Source: an uncultured Pseudomonadota bacterium
GTDB taxonomy: Bacteria; Myxococcota_A; Polyangia; Fen-1088
Direction of reading: 5' to 3'
Assembly: GCA_963847705.1 (NCBI GenBank)
Contig: CAWKBC010000030.1
Coordinates: 1-64,000 of the forward strand
DNA: 64,000 bases
Every line of letters starts with the position of its first letter. Positions within the stretch are counted from its first letter, which is position 1. The translations under genes and the position numbers were made by a program. Shown here one piece after another: positions 63,427 to 64,000 of this stretch. The notes under the pieces were generated by a model, which did not search any database, had not been told where the DNA came from, and was given only the letters and a program-made list of their open reading frames with translations.

Positions 63427-64000
63427 ATGCGTCCCACATTGGCCTCCGCCTTCGTCCGAGTCTTCGTGTGGGTCTTCGCCTGGGCCCGGTCCTTTGCGGC
63501 GTGCTCGGGCTCGGCCTCGGCTGCGCGAAACCGACCGCGCGGCCCGATGGCGGCCCGAAGGATGGAGGCGCGTCCGACGCGGCCGACGCCGCGAACGGCG
63601 GGTGTGCCGACGATTGTAAGGCGGTCGGGCTCGCCTGCAGCTTCCAGCGATGCACGTCGACGGCCTGCCAGGCCTCCGAGAGCACCGGCGAGGGGATCGC
63701 CGGTTGCATCTTCTATTCGTTGCAAGCCGACAACGTCACCGCCGACGAGAACGCCACCACCAGCTTCCTGGTGGCCAACGCCGGCCAGGCGCGCGCCAAC
63801 GTGACGCTGGAGGCGCCGCCCGGCCCAGGCGCATCGATCTGGACGGAGCTGGGGGCGTTTCAGATCGATGTCGGAGCTTCGCTTCGCATCCCTGTCCCCC
63901 CGGGGCACCAGGTGATCGCGGCCGGGGTCAATCAGAAGATGGCGCTCCGGATCTCCAGCGACCAGCCGGTGACGGTGTCCGAGCTCGAGAGCGACGACGT
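63427..64000 (+). CDS. IgGFc-binding-like Cys-rich lipoprotein; 3'-partial, apparent frameshift near 63525
   Basis: Lipobox FAAC; shifted frame reads DGG...C..C..GCIFYSLQADN...FLVAN...ALRISSDQPVTV. Confidence 0.55.

Overview
GC-rich bacterial DNA, very likely Myxococcota (inferred from MYXO-CTERM-type tails, a Glt/Nfs-like operon, an FHA-enhancer-binding protein with a Ser/Thr kinase, and a Haliangium-like BMC-H). All family calls come from motif recognition by eye, not database searches. Four blocks. (1) 1-20.5 kb: an array of surface-tethered glycoside hydrolases (GH39-like, GH2, GH5, GH141-like, two GH43-like, GH16, GH11) on long Gly/Ser/Thr stalks, plus an ECF-PAS fusion, an AraC regulator, a G1-peptidase-like lipoprotein, an ECF sigma and a vWA lipoprotein. 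(2) 20.6-26.2 kb: accessory genes ending in a tyrosine-integrase remnant beside tRNA-Val(TAC). (3) 26.3-40.7 kb: housekeeping and signalling (M16 peptidase, rluD, pgeF, lone BMC-H, mutH-like, serC, kinase-TPR-RCC1-FHA/EBP). (4) 41-63.2 kb: two HzsA-like heme beta-propeller lipoproteins with a HEAT protein, converging on a 14-gene Glt/Nfs-like trans-envelope operon extended by a heme-motif lipoprotein, an SH3-barrel protein, DUF4266 and DUF3570. Best candidates for new biology are block 4 and a covarying ~75-bp structured repeat translated in-frame inside two unrelated genes; a 198-bp palindrome and a tandem array also sit at the 5' end of the gltE-like gene. Many single-base frameshifts look like long-read indel errors.
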